Of a stretch of 64,000 bases of DNA, positions 1-10,354 are shown in pieces. A program made the translations under genes and the position numbers. This stretch comes from Rickettsiales bacterium (lineage in GTDB: Bacteria; Pseudomonadota; Alphaproteobacteria; Rickettsiales; JABIRX01), in the NCBI GenBank assembly GCA_034111325.1, contig JAWUXM010000002.1:13228-77227 (forward strand), written 5' to 3'. Every line of letters starts with the position of its first letter. Position 1 is the stretch's first letter. The notes under the pieces were generated by a model that was not told the origin of the DNA, did not search any database, and saw only the letters and a program-made list of their open reading frames with translations.

Positions 1-1238
1 AGGTCATTTGCCTTGCCAATATTTGCAATAGTAAAGCCACCTTTTAAATATCTCTTACGTAACCTTGCATTTAAAATTGCCGCCTCTAACCGTGGGTTTG
101 TCCCGATTAGCAAACAAAGATCGGACTCTTCAATCCCTGCAATTGATGTATTAAAAATATATGAACTACGATTCTTACTATCAATGATCGAACCTTCAGG
201 GCGGCAATCCATATGAGCGGAACCAATTTTTTGCATTAGAGTTTTCAGCGCAAAAACTGCTTCAACATCTGCTAAATTACCAGCAAGTGCAGCAATTTTT
301 TTTGCTTTATCTCCTTCAATTTCATTGAATTTGTTAGACAGCGCATCAAGAGCCTCTTGCATTGAAACTGTCTGCAAACGACCATCAACTTTTAGATATG
401 GCTTATCTAACCTTTGCGACTTTAAACCATCGCAAGCAAATCTAGCTTTATCATCAATCCATTCTTCGTTAATCTCTTCATTCAAACGTGGCAGGATACG
501 CATAACTTCCATCCCGCGTGAATCAATTCGAATATTGCTACCAACGGCATCTAACACATCAATCGACTCAGTTTTATTTAATTCCCAAGGACGAAATTTA
601 AAAGCATGTGGCTTTGCTGTCAATGCGCCAACTGGGCAAAGATCAATCATGTTGCCAGATAATTCTGAGCTGATTGATTTTTCTACATAAGTAGCAATTT
701 CCATTGTCTCGCCTCGCCCGATAGCTCCGATTTCTTCAACTCCTGCAATCTCCGTTGCAAAACGGACACATCGTGTACAGTGAATACATCTGGTCATTTG
801 GGTTTTAATTAATGGACCAAAGTTTTTCTCTTTTACTGCCCGCTTATTTTCAGTAAAGCGACTTTTATCACGCCCATAGGTCATTGCTTGATCTTGCAAA
901 TCACACTCACCGCCTTGATCACAAATCGGACAATCTAGCGGATGATTAGCCAATAAAAATTCCATCACACCTTCACGTGCTTTTTTGACCATTGGCGAAT
1001 CAGTCTTAACTTGCATTCCTGCTGCAACATTCATTGCGCAAGATGCGACTGGCTTTGGTGGCCCACCGACAACTTCAACCAAACACATACGGCAATTTCC
1101 TGCGATGGATAAACGGTCATGGTAACAAAAACGTGGAATCTCCACACCAGCAGTTTCGCAAGCTTGAATCAAAGTGATACCCTGCTCAACTTCGACTTTC
1201 TTGTCGTTAATAGTAATCTCGATTTTATCTTTGCTCAT
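1..1238 (-). CDS. nuoG: NADH-quinone oxidoreductase subunit G, N-terminal part (gene runs off the left edge)
   Basis: Reverse translation from ATG at 1238 gives [28 protein letters not shown]...[20 protein letters not shown]...[15 protein letters not shown] (Fe-S cysteine clusters). Absent from the ORF track because there is no stop in the window. Directly downstream of nuoF. Confidence 0.9.
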   Translation of the reverse strand, partial: MSKDKIEITINDKKVEVEQGITLIQACETAGVEIPRFCYHDRLSIAGNCRMCLVEVVGGPPKPVASCAMNVAAGMQVKTDSPMVKKAREGVMEFLLANHPLDCPICDQGGECDLQDQAMTYGRDKSRFTENKRAVKEKNFGPLIKTQMTRCIHCTRCVRFATEIAGVEEIGAIGRGETMEIATYVEKSISSELSGNMIDLCPVGALTAKPHAFKFRPWELNKTESIDVLDAVGSNIRIDSRGMEVMRILPRLNEEINEEWIDDKARFACDGLKSQRLDKPYLKVDGRLQTVSMQEALDALSNKFNEIEGDKAKKIAALAGNLADVEAVFALKTLMQKIGSAHMDCRPEGSIIDSKNRSSYIFNTSIAGIEESDLCLLIGTNPRLEAAILNARLRKRYLKGGFTIANIGKAND

Positions 1239-1248
1239 ATTATTTTTT

Positions 1249-2520
1249 CTATCTCTTCTGTGAAAAGCTGGCTATTCGTCTTTCCAGCTCTGGTCTAAAA
1301 TGCCTAATTAAACCTTGTACTGGCCATGCTGCTGCATCACCTAATGCACAAATTGTATGCCCTTCTATCTGCTTAGTTAAATCATGTAAACCATCTATTT
1401 CACTAAGGTCAGCATCGCCCTTTTCCATACGCTGCATAGCCCGCATCAACCAACCAGTCCCTTCACGACAAGGCGTACACTGCCCACAAGATTCATGTTT
1501 ATAGAATTGTGACAAGCGTGATATTGCTTTGACAATATCAGTTGATTTATTCATGACAATCACCCCTGCTGTTCCCAGACCTGATTGCACACCACGCAAC
1601 GAGTCAAAATCCATATCAACATCATCACAAATATGTTTTGGTATCAATGGTACAGATGAACCACCCGGAATTATTGCTAATAAATTATCCCAACCACCAA
1701 TTACACCTCCTGCATGTTTTTCAATTAAGGTTTTTAGCGGAATACCCATCTCTTCTTCCACATTACATGGTTTTTCAACATGACCAGAAATACAAAACAC
1801 CTTTGTGCCACTATTATTTGGCTTGCCTAATTTTGCGAACCAATCTGCTCCACGACGTAAAATCGTCGGCACAACAGCAATAGACTCAACATTATTCACC
1901 GTAGTCGGGCAGCCATAAAGACCAGCCATTGCAGGAAAAGGAGGTTTTAAACGTGGCATCCCCTTATTGCCTTCAATACTCTCTAACATTGCAGTTTCTT
2001 CACCACAAATATAAGCGCCCGCACCACGATGTACTGAAATATCAAAATCCCAACCGCCTTTACAAGCATTTTTACCGAGAAAACCTGCTGCGTAAGCTTC
2101 TTCAATTGCTTTATTTAAAATCTGCGCTTCACGCACAAATTCACCACGAATATAGATATAACAACGATGTGCGCCAATTGCTCTTGCTGCAATTAAAGCC
2201 CCTTCAATAATTTTATGTGGCTCATGACGGATAATGTCACGATCCTTACATGTACCTGGTTCAGACTCATCAGCATTGACGACTAAGTAACTTGGCTTGT
2301 CAGAATTTTTTGGCATGAACGACCATTTCATTCCTGTCGAGAAGCCTGCGCCACCACGCCCCCTGAGCCCAGATGCCTTGACATTTTCAATGATCCACTC
2401 ATTGCCTTTTTTGACAATATCTTCTGTATTAGACCAATCACCACGTTTTTGTGAAGCTTTGAGGGTCGTTGCTTCAAAGCCATATAGGTTTGTAAATATT
2501 CTATCTTTTGCTTGCAGCAT
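1249..2520 (-). CDS. nuoF: NADH-quinone oxidoreductase subunit F
   Basis: 423-aa ORF with motifs [13 protein letters not shown] (FMN/NADH) and [12 protein letters not shown] (4Fe-4S). Lies between nuoE and nuoG. Confidence 0.95.
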   Translation of the reverse strand: MLQAKDRIFTNLYGFEATTLKASQKRGDWSNTEDIVKKGNEWIIENVKASGLRGRGGAGFSTGMKWSFMPKNSDKPSYLVVNADESEPGTCKDRDIIRHEPHKIIEGALIAARAIGAHRCYIYIRGEFVREAQILNKAIEEAYAAGFLGKNACKGGWDFDISVHRGAGAYICGEETAMLESIEGNKGMPRLKPPFPAMAGLYGCPTTVNNVESIAVVPTILRRGADWFAKLGKPNNSGTKVFCISGHVEKPCNVEEEMGIPLKTLIEKHAGGVIGGWDNLLAIIPGGSSVPLIPKHICDDVDMDFDSLRGVQSGLGTAGVIVMNKSTDIVKAISRLSQFYKHESCGQCTPCREGTGWLMRAMQRMEKGDADLSEIDGLHDLTKQIEGHTICALGDAAAWPVQGLIRHFRPELERRIASFSQKR

Positions 2521-3080
2521 TATAGTTCTCCCTCAAATGGTTCTGAAGATTTGCGGTCAATTTGTGAACCAGATTTTACCTTTCTGCCATCTTTTAACAA
2601 AGTTAAAATTTCCTTAATCCGAGCTGGCGCTAAATCTTCGTAATAATCATCATTGATCTGCACAACTGGCGCATTTACACAGGCTCCTAAACATTCAACC
2701 TCCTTGATAGTAAAAAATTCATCTGCCGTCATTTCATCCAGCTCGACGCCTAATTGCGTTTTACAGGCTTTGAGAATTTCCTCTGCCCCACGTAGAGCAC
2801 AAGGAGTTGTTGTACAAACCTGAACTAGGAATTTACCGACAGGTTTTAAATTATACATTGTATAAAAACTCGCCACTTCATAAACCCTAATTGGCGCCAT
2901 CTCTAAATATTCAGCTATATAGTCCATCACTTCACGTGAAAGCCAGCCTGCATTCTGCCTTTGTGCTAAATCTAGCAAAGCCATCACTGCGCTTTTCTGC
3001 CTGCCTTTTGGGTAATTGGCCACAGCTGCTTTAGCTAATTTTTTATTCTCGCTATTAAATGTAAATTTTGTCTCTCCCAT
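2520..3080 (-). CDS. nuoE: NADH-quinone oxidoreductase subunit E
   Basis: 186-aa ORF with 2Fe-2S cysteines (VCTTTPC ... [10 protein letters not shown]). Overlaps the nuoF start by 1 nt. Confidence 0.93.
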   Translation of the reverse strand: MGETKFTFNSENKKLAKAAVANYPKGRQKSAVMALLDLAQRQNAGWLSREVMDYIAEYLEMAPIRVYEVASFYTMYNLKPVGKFLVQVCTTTPCALRGAEEILKACKTQLGVELDEMTADEFFTIKEVECLGACVNAPVVQINDDYYEDLAPARIKEILTLLKDGRKVKSGSQIDRKSSEPFEGEL

Positions 3081-3085
3081 AATTT

Positions 3086-4288
3086 TTATCTATCTATCTC
3101 TCCAAATACAACGTCCATCGAACCAATAATCGCCACGACATCCGCAATCATATGACCTTTTGACATAAATTCCAAAGCTTGCAAATGTGCAAAACCCGGC
3201 GCTCTTATATGGCACCTATATGGTTTGTTTGTTCCATCTGCAACTAAATAAACCCCAAACTCACCTTTCGGCGCTTCAACTTTTTGATAAGTCTCGCCCT
3301 TTGGCACATGATATCCCTCACTATATAATTTAAAGTGATGAATCATCGCTTCCATCGAATTTTTCATGCTTTTACGGCTTGGCGGCGAAATTTTATTATT
3401 GTCAATTTTAACAATTCCTTCAGGCATATCCTCACAACATTGGCGAATCATTTTGATTGATTGGCGCATTTCAGCAACACGGACTAAATAGCGATCATAA
3501 CAATCACCATGCTTTCCAACAGGAATTTCAAAATCTAACTTATCGTAAATTTCATATGGTTCGGTTTGACGCAAATCCCAAGCGATCCCCGAAGCTCTAA
3601 GCATTGGGCCAGTAAAACCCCAATCTAACGCTTCTGCCTTACTTACCGTACCAATATCAACTAGCCTTTGTTTGAATATGCGGTTTTCAGTAAGCAACAC
3701 TTCCATATCGTCAATATATTTACCAAAATCAGCAAAGTATTTATAGATATCTTCTAACAAACCAGCGGGCAAATCTTGCGCAACACCGCCAGCCCTAATG
3801 TAATTTGCGTGCAACCTCGCACCTGATGCACGCTCGTAAAATTGCATCATCTTTTCTCTTTCTTCAAAAAGCCAAAGGAAAGGTGTCATCGCACCAACAT
3901 CGAGTGCTTGCGTTGTGATATTTAGAATATGGTTAAGAATTCTGGTGATTTCAGAAAACATTACGCGAATATATTGCGCGCGCAACGGCACTTCACATTT
4001 AAGTAGTTTCTCCGTAGCTAAGGTGAATGCGTGCTCCTGACACATTGGCGAAACATAATCCAGACGATCAAAATATGGCAAAGCCTGCATGTAGGTTTTA
4101 TGCTCTATGAGCTTCTCTGTCCCACGATGAAGAAGACCAATATGTGGATCAGCGCGCTCAATTATCTCACCGTCAAGCTCTAAAATAAGACGCAACACAC
4201 CATGTGCCGCAGGGTGTTGCGGGCCAAAATTTAGCGTGATATTTTCTATATTTTTTTTAACTTTTTCTTCAACCATTATCTCCCTCAA
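3086..4288 (-). CDS. nuoD: NADH-quinone oxidoreductase subunit D
   Basis: 400-aa ORF with [26 protein letters not shown] and C-terminal VVFGEIDR. The start could be 4288 or the ATG at 4276. Confidence 0.95.
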   Translation of the reverse strand: MREIMVEEKVKKNIENITLNFGPQHPAAHGVLRLILELDGEIIERADPHIGLLHRGTEKLIEHKTYMQALPYFDRLDYVSPMCQEHAFTLATEKLLKCEVPLRAQYIRVMFSEITRILNHILNITTQALDVGAMTPFLWLFEEREKMMQFYERASGARLHANYIRAGGVAQDLPAGLLEDIYKYFADFGKYIDDMEVLLTENRIFKQRLVDIGTVSKAEALDWGFTGPMLRASGIAWDLRQTEPYEIYDKLDFEIPVGKHGDCYDRYLVRVAEMRQSIKMIRQCCEDMPEGIVKIDNNKISPPSRKSMKNSMEAMIHHFKLYSEGYHVPKGETYQKVEAPKGEFGVYLVADGTNKPYRCHIRAPGFAHLQALEFMSKGHMIADVVAIIGSMDVVFGEIDR

Positions 4289-4868
4289 TTTTTTCTACGG
4301 GCAGATTATAATCCGTGCCTTCCCATGGGCTCAGAAAATCAAAATTACGATATTCCTGGTCAAGCTTTACAGGCTCGTAAACAACCTTTTCTTGTTCAAT
4401 ATCATAACGCACTTCAACATGACCACTTAAAGGAAAATCTTTACGCAAAGGGTGCCCTTCAAAACCATAATCAGTTAATATGCGGCGTAGATCTTTACTA
4501 TCTTTAAACTCAATACCGTACATATCAAACGCCTCTCTTTCAAACCAATTGGCTGTGGAGAAAACACCTTCCGCTGTTGGCACTTGTTCATCTTCACCTA
4601 CTGCAACTTTAACCCGCACCCTTTGGTTTTTGGCGATACTCAGTAAATGATAAATTACTTCGAAACGCTTCTCACGCTCAGGATAATCAGCACCGCATAC
4701 ATCCAATAGCTGCGCAAAAAGGCAGTTACGATCATCCCGCAAAAAATGTAGCAATGCTGCGATATAGTTCGGCTCTGTAAAAATTGTCAGCTCGCCTTCA
4801 TGCAATTCTACCTTGAGGCGAAAACGTGTTTCTTTAGCAATATATTGTTGTAACGATTCTAAACTCAA
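4269..4868 (-). CDS. nuoC: NADH-quinone oxidoreductase subunit C
   Basis: 199-aa ORF with 30-kDa subunit motifs [14 protein letters not shown] and [10 protein letters not shown]. Confidence 0.93.
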   Translation of the reverse strand: MSLESLQQYIAKETRFRLKVELHEGELTIFTEPNYIAALLHFLRDDRNCLFAQLLDVCGADYPEREKRFEVIYHLLSIAKNQRVRVKVAVGEDEQVPTAEGVFSTANWFEREAFDMYGIEFKDSKDLRRILTDYGFEGHPLRKDFPLSGHVEVRYDIEQEKVVYEPVKLDQEYRNFDFLSPWEGTDYNLPVEKIEGDNG

Positions 4869-5389
4869 CGTTTTAACACCCCTGTTCTTCTGATTTTTTT
4901 CTGTAATTGCAATACGCCATAAAGCAAAGCCTCAGCCGTTGGTGGGCAACCCGGCACGTAAACATCAACTGGCACAATGCGGTCACAACCGCGCACAACA
5001 GCATATGAATAATGATAATAGCCGCCACCATTTGCACATGAGCCCATTGATATAACCCAGCGTGGCTCAGGCATTTGATCATATACTTTACGCAGCGCTC
5101 CTGCCATTTTATTGGTTAATGTACCAGCAACAATCATAACATCTGACTGACGTGGCGAAGGACGAAAAACCAAACCCATCCGATCCATATCGTAACGAGC
5201 TGCGGCAGTATGCATCATCTCTACTGCACAACATGCCAGACCAAAAGTCATCGGCCATAATGAGCCACTCCTTGCCCAATTTGCTAAATCGTCTAGCTTT
5301 GCGGTAACAAAACCCTTATCGCTCACTTTGCTCATAGCTTGCTTCAGAATCTCGTCTTGATTTTGCAATGATGTTTTAGTAAAAGTCAT
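4865..5389 (-). CDS. nuoB: NADH-quinone oxidoreductase subunit B
   Basis: Motifs [21 protein letters not shown] and VPGCPP. I prefer the ATG at 5389 (MTFTKT..., 5 nt downstream of the nuoA stop) over the track start at 5425, which would overlap nuoA by 31 nt. Confidence 0.92.
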   Translation of the reverse strand: MTFTKTSLQNQDEILKQAMSKVSDKGFVTAKLDDLANWARSGSLWPMTFGLACCAVEMMHTAAARYDMDRMGLVFRPSPRQSDVMIVAGTLTNKMAGALRKVYDQMPEPRWVISMGSCANGGGYYHYSYAVVRGCDRIVPVDVYVPGCPPTAEALLYGVLQLQKKIRRTGVLKR

Positions 5390-5394
5390 TTTTC

Positions 5395-5760
5395 CTACTC
5401 CCATTCTAACGCGCCTTTTTTCCATTCATAAATAAAGCCTATAGTTAAAGTAAGTAAAAAGCCCATCATCGACCAAAAGCCTAGCAAACCAATCTTTCCA
5501 AGTGTTATTGCCCAAGGGAATAAGAAGGCTACTTCAAGATCAAAAATAATAAAAAGAATCCCTACCAGATAAAAGCGTATGTCAAAACGACCACGCGAAT
5601 CACCAAAAGGCTCAAAGCCACACTCATAGACTGAGAGCTTCTCACCATATGGTTTTTTAGGGGAAATAACGAACGGAATTAACAGTAGGAAAATCGAAAC
5701 GAATAAGGCAATCGCAAAAAAAACAATAATTGAAAAATATTCTTGTAGAAATGCTTCCAT
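5395..5760 (-). CDS. nuoA: NADH-quinone oxidoreductase subunit A
   Basis: 121-aa protein with three TM segments and a YECGFEPF motif. First gene of the nuo cluster. Confidence 0.9.
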   Translation of the reverse strand: MEAFLQEYFSIIVFFAIALFVSIFLLLIPFVISPKKPYGEKLSVYECGFEPFGDSRGRFDIRFYLVGILFIIFDLEVAFLFPWAITLGKIGLLGFWSMMGFLLTLTIGFIYEWKKGALEWE

Positions 5761-5940
5761 TTGTTTTATCTAAAATACTCTTTTAATAATTTGCAACACC
5801 TCAGATTGCTTCACCCCTTACTCTATCTAGTTACTACGAGGTTACTAACTGGTCAATAAACTCATAGCAGTAAGTTGCATATAATGCGCGACATTCTATA
5901 TATTAAGCTCTTCTTTGCAAGCAATAAAATATCATCAGAT

Positions 5941-7290
5941 ATGCACTATCTCTTCACCATATTTCTTTTATTGCTGATTATCTCCCGATCTCCCTTAAAA
6001 GCAACAGAACCTAACCTTGCCGCCACACCATTTGCTGAATTACTTCCAACTAGTTATAATTATGATACTGGCACTAACGATAATTTACCTTCGCCAAGAT
6101 CTCTAGCAAACTATTATGAAAATTTTGACAGCTTTTTGGTAACCTCATATGGCTGGATGGAAAAGCTTTACCAAGCTGAAGCGGACGAGAAGATGAATGA
6201 TAATTGGCGCAAATTCCGCCGAGGCTTTCTACTATTAAACGGACTCTTGCTTGATACTTCCGACTTTATCTTACTAAACCCACACACCACCATTACCAAT
6301 ACAGGCGTTATTACCGTACATGAATTTGCACATCGCACTCGCGCAGCGGCGTTTGGTTATGATTCTGGCTTTAACCCTGAATATGCTCGCCATGGCGACA
6401 ACCCCTACTCCTTTGCAATAAATTTATTTGCCAACGGGAACCGCACTGGCAGCACCACATGGAATAATTCCACGCCCGAAACATTGTTTACGCATTCATT
6501 GTTTGATACGCCCCAGCAGAGATTAATTGAAGCTGCAGCAGGCATAAACCAACAAACTAATTTAGCAGCTAACCTTGCTAATCGCATGTCCCTTACGGAT
6601 AATGTTGATATGGCAAGCTTCTTTAGTTATAGCAATAACAGCCTTTCATATTTTCTATATGATGATAGCATCATACCTTACTTAGCTGGCTCGAGCTCTA
6701 ATCCTGCAACAAGAAATCTGGCTGGTGATCGCGCGCAAATGATTAATGAATGGCGTGATTTAGGCTATAATTTTTCCGACAAATCTTTGGCACGCAATCA
6801 ATTTAATGCTTTTCTAATTTCCGGAACAACTTGGTCATATTTATACAACATGCCTGAATATATCCGCACTGGACAACGCAACTTTAAACCAATTAGATTT
6901 TTTGGCTTTCGCATGCCTGATTTCTATAATTATTATAATGTTAATGGCCCATCGCTGAACATCCAGACTGATTATAAATTCTCAGCAAAAACCTTCCTTA
7001 AACTCGGCTATGAGTCGATTTATAGCGGCAAAACAGATTATAAAGAATATAAAATTGGTATAAGCCAAAGTTTCAAACTCGCCAACCTTAGTGCAAACTA
7101 TATCATCAATGAGAAAACCACTAAAGAATCATGGAATCTCGAAGCAACTCGCTCCTACAAAAGATACGGGCTCAGCCTTGGCTATCAACTCTATAATTTT
7201 GAAACTCTCACTGGCGAACGCAACATCGACACCCTCCGCAACCGCAACAAATCTAGCGAGATCTACGCTAAACTTATGGCACGGTTTTAA
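5941..7290 (+). CDS. Exported protein with an HExxH motif and a C-terminal beta-barrel-like region (putative outer-membrane-associated metalloprotease; family not recognised)
   Basis: Track ORF is 5875..7290. The ATG at 5941 gives a signal-like N-terminus MHYLFTIFLLLLIISRSPLKA. HEFAH is encoded at 6319-6333. The last ~120 aa show an alternating hydrophobic pattern and end in a terminal Phe (AKLMARF). Confidence 0.6.
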   Translation: MHYLFTIFLLLLIISRSPLKATEPNLAATPFAELLPTSYNYDTGTNDNLPSPRSLANYYENFDSFLVTSYGWMEKLYQAEADEKMNDNWRKFRRGFLLLNGLLLDTSDFILLNPHTTITNTGVITVHEFAHRTRAAAFGYDSGFNPEYARHGDNPYSFAINLFANGNRTGSTTWNNSTPETLFTHSLFDTPQQRLIEAAAGINQQTNLAANLANRMSLTDNVDMASFFSYSNNSLSYFLYDDSIIPYLAGSSSNPATRNLAGDRAQMINEWRDLGYNFSDKSLARNQFNAFLISGTTWSYLYNMPEYIRTGQRNFKPIRFFGFRMPDFYNYYNVNGPSLNIQTDYKFSAKTFLKLGYESIYSGKTDYKEYKIGISQSFKLANLSANYIINEKTTKESWNLEATRSYKRYGLSLGYQLYNFETLTGERNIDTLRNRNKSSEIYAKLMARF

Positions 7291-7736
7291 CGCTTTCCCG
7301 CAAAGAACTCTTTTAGCAAAGCGCCACATTGCTCTTCGGCTATGCCGCCATAGATTTCGGGTTGATGGTGGCAGGAAGAGGAGTCAAAAATTCGTGCTCC
7401 ATTTTCAACAGCACCAGATTTAGAATCATACGCGCCAAAATATAACCGTTTAATCCGCGCATTTGCAATTGCAGATGCACACATAGCACATGGCTCTAAT
7501 GTAACATATAGATCAAGTTCGGGGATTTTATTGCTGTCGAGAATTCTGCAAGCTTCACGAATTGCCAAAATCTCTGCATGTGCGGTTGGGTCTTTCAGTT
7601 GTTCGGTTTGATTATGCGCTGTGGCAATGATTTTATTGGTCTGCGGATCGACAATTATAGCCCCAACAGGGACTTCATCTGCGACGACTGCCTGCTTTGC
7701 TAAAAGCAAGGCTTCATCCATGTATGATTTAAACAT
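7287..7736 (-). CDS. tadA: tRNA-specific adenosine deaminase
   Basis: 149 aa with deaminase zinc motifs HAEILAIREA and PCAMCASAI. Confidence 0.9.
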   Translation of the reverse strand: MFKSYMDEALLLAKQAVVADEVPVGAIIVDPQTNKIIATAHNQTEQLKDPTAHAEILAIREACRILDSNKIPELDLYVTLEPCAMCASAIANARIKRLYFGAYDSKSGAVENGARIFDSSSCHHQPEIYGGIAEEQCGALLKEFFAGKR

Positions 7737-8296
7737 TAGCGAGATTTTACGTGCGATATGACTTTTTTAACGCCTTTTACTTGGCTGGCGATCTTTGCCG
7801 CATTGCGTAATTCACGACGATCTTTAGCAGCACCAAGCAGGTAAACCGTGCCATCATTTACTTCAACGTTAAAATTAAAAGCACTGACATTTTTATTAAG
7901 CAACAATCTACTTTTTACTTGGGTTGCAAGCAAAGCATCCCTGACTTTGTGAGATTCTTCCTGTGTGACATTGATTTCATTAATAACTTCTTTGATTCCA
8001 AGTACCTGCCAAGTAAGTTTGATAGCTTTAATTGCTACTGCTTTTTCCTTTACCCGACCAGTTAACAAAACACGACCTTCATTAACATTGATTTTAATAT
8101 CAGAGAATAAATTGGTATATTGTTTATCAGCAAACTGACGTTTGATTTTTATCTCTGTTTTGGTATCTTTAAAACTGTCTTTGATAGATTTCTGCCGAGC
8201 TACCAGCACCCCGCCAACAACGACTGAGCCGATGACCGATTCTACACAAGAGGTTAAGGTAAATAATGTAAGAATAATTGCGAGACTCCTTTTCAT
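7736..8296 (-). CDS. BON-domain lipoprotein (OsmY/YraP-like)
   Basis: 186 aa. Signal peptide plus lipobox (LTSC), followed by two BON-like repeats (GRVLLTGRV..., DGTVYLLGAA...). Confidence 0.75.
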   Translation of the reverse strand: MKRSLAIILTLFTLTSCVESVIGSVVVGGVLVARQKSIKDSFKDTKTEIKIKRQFADKQYTNLFSDIKINVNEGRVLLTGRVKEKAVAIKAIKLTWQVLGIKEVINEINVTQEESHKVRDALLATQVKSRLLLNKNVSAFNFNVEVNDGTVYLLGAAKDRRELRNAAKIASQVKGVKKVISHVKSR

Positions 8297-8379
8297 GATT
8301 TTGTGCCTAAGAAATTAGCGAGAAGTCAAAAGTAGGATATATTAGTAAAATTGCTAGAAATTTTTACTATAGTAAAATA

Positions 8380-8433
8380 AAAATGGTGGGCTCAGGTGGA
8401 TTTGAACCACCGACCTCACGCTTATCAGGCGTG
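8380..8433. repeat. attL: 54-bp direct repeat, a truncated 3' copy of tRNA-Ile
   Basis: Base-for-base identical to 49980-50033 (aaaatggtgggctcaggtggatttgaaccaccgacctcacgcttatcaggcgtg). Identity breaks on both sides (8379 a vs 49979 t; 8434 a vs 50034 c). Confidence 0.93.
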
Positions 8434-8456
8434 ACACCATTCTTTGCAGACATGAC

Positions 8457-8512
8457 TCTTTCAGACTTTTTGATTGAAAAAATGTTACGCTTTACACTAA
8501 AAGTCTGAAAGA
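8457..8512. promoter_or_regulatory. Perfect 14-bp inverted repeat (tctttcagactttt / aaaagtctgaaaga, 28-nt spacer) just inside attL; candidate integrase arm-type sites
   Basis: Arms at 8457-8470 and 8499-8512 read directly from the sequence. The core AAAGTCTGAA recurs twice next to attR (49888-49926). Confidence 0.5.
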
Positions 8513-8839
8513 TAAGTTAATAATAAATAATAGGGCTATATGACTAAAAAAACAAACTTCAAATCAAAACGAGTAACTCCTAGCGTATCGTTTTATACTA
8601 ATGAAAGTAAGTTTGTAAAAAACTATTCCAGGGTATATTGCAGTGCTAATGCTTGGATTGGCTCCCCAAGCTGGAAAAGACGCATAAAGCTATTTATAGC
8701 GAAAATATTAAAATTTACTAAAATCTAACTCCCTCGAAATCGAGGGAATAAGGTAATCATGATAGAGCTTTCTTTAGTAATATTTATATTTTGCGTGTGG
8801 GCTAATAATAATTAATGATAAATCAATGTGAGGAGAATT

Positions 8840-9166
8840 ATGAGTGAATGGCGATCAATTGACAGTGCTCCAAAGGACGGCACAACCTTCTTAGCTCATA
8901 TAGGCGGAGCTGTGTATAAAGCTGGCTATACAACTGGTAGGACGGCTGTTTTTATGTGGTCTATGCACATTGATAAATCTGATGGAGGTGAAAATTTCGA
9001 TGAAGCTAATTATAAAGCTCGCGCCACAGCCTATCTCCACGGGTTTAAGGACAAACCAACGCACTGGATGCCGCTTCCTAAAATTGATAGATCAAAAGAA
9101 AAGGAAGAATTAAAGAAATATAAATCAGAGCTTTCAAAATTAAAGAAAAAATATAATCAAGAATAA
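8840..9166 (+). CDS. DUF551-like phage protein
   Basis: Track ORF starts at GTG 8828. The ATG at 8840 is preceded by GAGGAGA. Protein reads MSEWRSIDSAPKDGTTFLAH...PTHWMPLPK, the W..I..APKDG and THWMPLP signature I associate with DUF551. Confidence 0.7.
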   Translation: MSEWRSIDSAPKDGTTFLAHIGGAVYKAGYTTGRTAVFMWSMHIDKSDGGENFDEANYKARATAYLHGFKDKPTHWMPLPKIDRSKEKEELKKYKSELSKLKKKYNQE

Positions 9167-9169
9167 ATT

Positions 9170-9439
9170 ATGAGTAAAAAAAACAAACTACAATTATTTA
9201 TAATAGGGGTTTTATTATCACTATTGTTTTCGTCGCTGATGTGTTTGGCTGTTTATGTGTTGCTATGCTTCATCTTTTGGGAAATATTAACAATGAACCC
9301 TACTTCGATGAGGATCTTTTTTGTGGTTTATTCTATAACAGCAATAATAAGTGCCATTTCTGCCTTAGAAGAAGGGGAGTTAGAGAAAAATTCAGTTGTA
9401 AAGAATTACTTTACAACTGCCAAGGACGGTAAAAAATGA
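9170..9439 (+). CDS. Small membrane protein (2 predicted TM segments)
   Basis: 89-aa ORF with hydrophobic stretches LQLFIIGVLLSLLFSSLMCLAVYVLLCFIFW and IFFVVYSITAIISAISAL. Its stop overlaps the next start (ATGA). Confidence 0.55.
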   Translation: MSKKNKLQLFIIGVLLSLLFSSLMCLAVYVLLCFIFWEILTMNPTSMRIFFVVYSITAIISAISALEEGELEKNSVVKNYFTTAKDGKK

Positions 9440-9678
9440 AAAGTATGTTTTCTAAGAAAATCAGACACCAGCGTAAGCTACACAAATTAACCTTGAAACA
9501 GCTAGCTAGTGCTATAGGCACGAGCGTAAGCTATATTTGTCAACTGGAAAATAAAGTGAGTGCTAATCCCTCAGCTAAAATCGTTTATGCTATTGCGAAG
9601 TTCTTTGGCTGTTCTGTAGAATATTTTATGGAAGATAAATACAATATAGGAACTTATCCCGATAGTGATAAAGTCTAA
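9436..9678 (+). CDS. XRE-family helix-turn-helix transcriptional regulator
   Basis: 80 aa with LTLKQLASAIGTSVSYICQLENKVSANPSAKIVYAIAKFFGCSVEYF, a typical HTH_3 pattern. Confidence 0.8.
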   Translation: MKSMFSKKIRHQRKLHKLTLKQLASAIGTSVSYICQLENKVSANPSAKIVYAIAKFFGCSVEYFMEDKYNIGTYPDSDKV

Positions 9679-9711
9679 ATAATGTCTAGAAACGGTTTGA
9701 AATGTCTAAAA
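9670..9711 (+). promoter_or_regulatory. Three direct copies of A[AT]GTCTA[AG]A between the XRE gene and the next ORF; candidate operator
   Basis: aaagtctaaat (9670-9680), aatgtctagaa (9681-9691) and aatgtctaaaa (9701-9711), read directly from the sequence. Confidence 0.35.
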
Positions 9712-9767
9712 CCTGCAATGAACCGCAGAAAACGGGGAGCGATGAGGATTATTAATTAACTGAAGGA

Positions 9768-10286
9768 ATGATTATGGACGATTTACCTATAGAAAATATA
9801 AAGTGCTTAGAAGAAATACCAGAATCATTATGGAATAAAATTTATAATGTAATTGATGGTAAGAGCGAAGACTTTATCAGTTCTATCCAGATGGATAAAT
9901 ATGATTTAACTGAAATTGAAAGAATAACAGTTTATCTTGATAAAGATCATTATGACGAAGCCTTTAGTTTTGAGCATTTTTCAAGTGAAGAAGCGGGGTC
10001 TGAATTTAGAGATTTTATATATAGAGAAGATAATAGAGACTGGCAGCCAACAACAAGACAAGTCAATATATATTGCTTTAAACCAAAACGCTTGCTGAAT
10101 ATGACTGATGAACAGTTTAATTTTCAATTAAAGAAATTAAAACATAGCAAGTATTTACAGCAAAAACAAAAAGAAATGAAATTCGATTTAGCTATAGCTT
10201 ACCACGGAACAATTCAGCGTTGGCGGGACTTTGCAAAGAACAAATTTCTTTGTTTGGAATCCGAAACAAAATCTATTTTAGTATAA
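9768..10286 (+). CDS. Hypothetical protein, acidic N-terminal half, no recognisable family
   Basis: 172-aa ORF, co-oriented with and downstream of the XRE regulator. Confidence 0.55.
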   Translation: MIMDDLPIENIKCLEEIPESLWNKIYNVIDGKSEDFISSIQMDKYDLTEIERITVYLDKDHYDEAFSFEHFSSEEAGSEFRDFIYREDNRDWQPTTRQVNIYCFKPKRLLNMTDEQFNFQLKKLKHSKYLQQKQKEMKFDLAIAYHGTIQRWRDFAKNKFLCLESETKSILV

Positions 10287-10354
10287 AAACTAGGTATAGG
10301 ATAAGTACAAGGTCACTATACCATTATACCTATTATTAACGTATCTAGAATAAA

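Noticed and set aside
8384-8433. A second tRNA-Ile gene
   Set aside because: Only the 3' 50 nt of the tRNA (anticodon-stem 3' strand through the T-arm to CCA) is present, and the 5' half diverges. It is the att duplication left by integration.
8540-8728. 62-aa basic ORF just inside attL, followed by a perfect 7-bp hairpin (8730-8747)
   Set aside because: It has no SD, an odd composition and no family resemblance. It could be real, but I cannot support calling it. The hairpin is real but lacks a U-tract.
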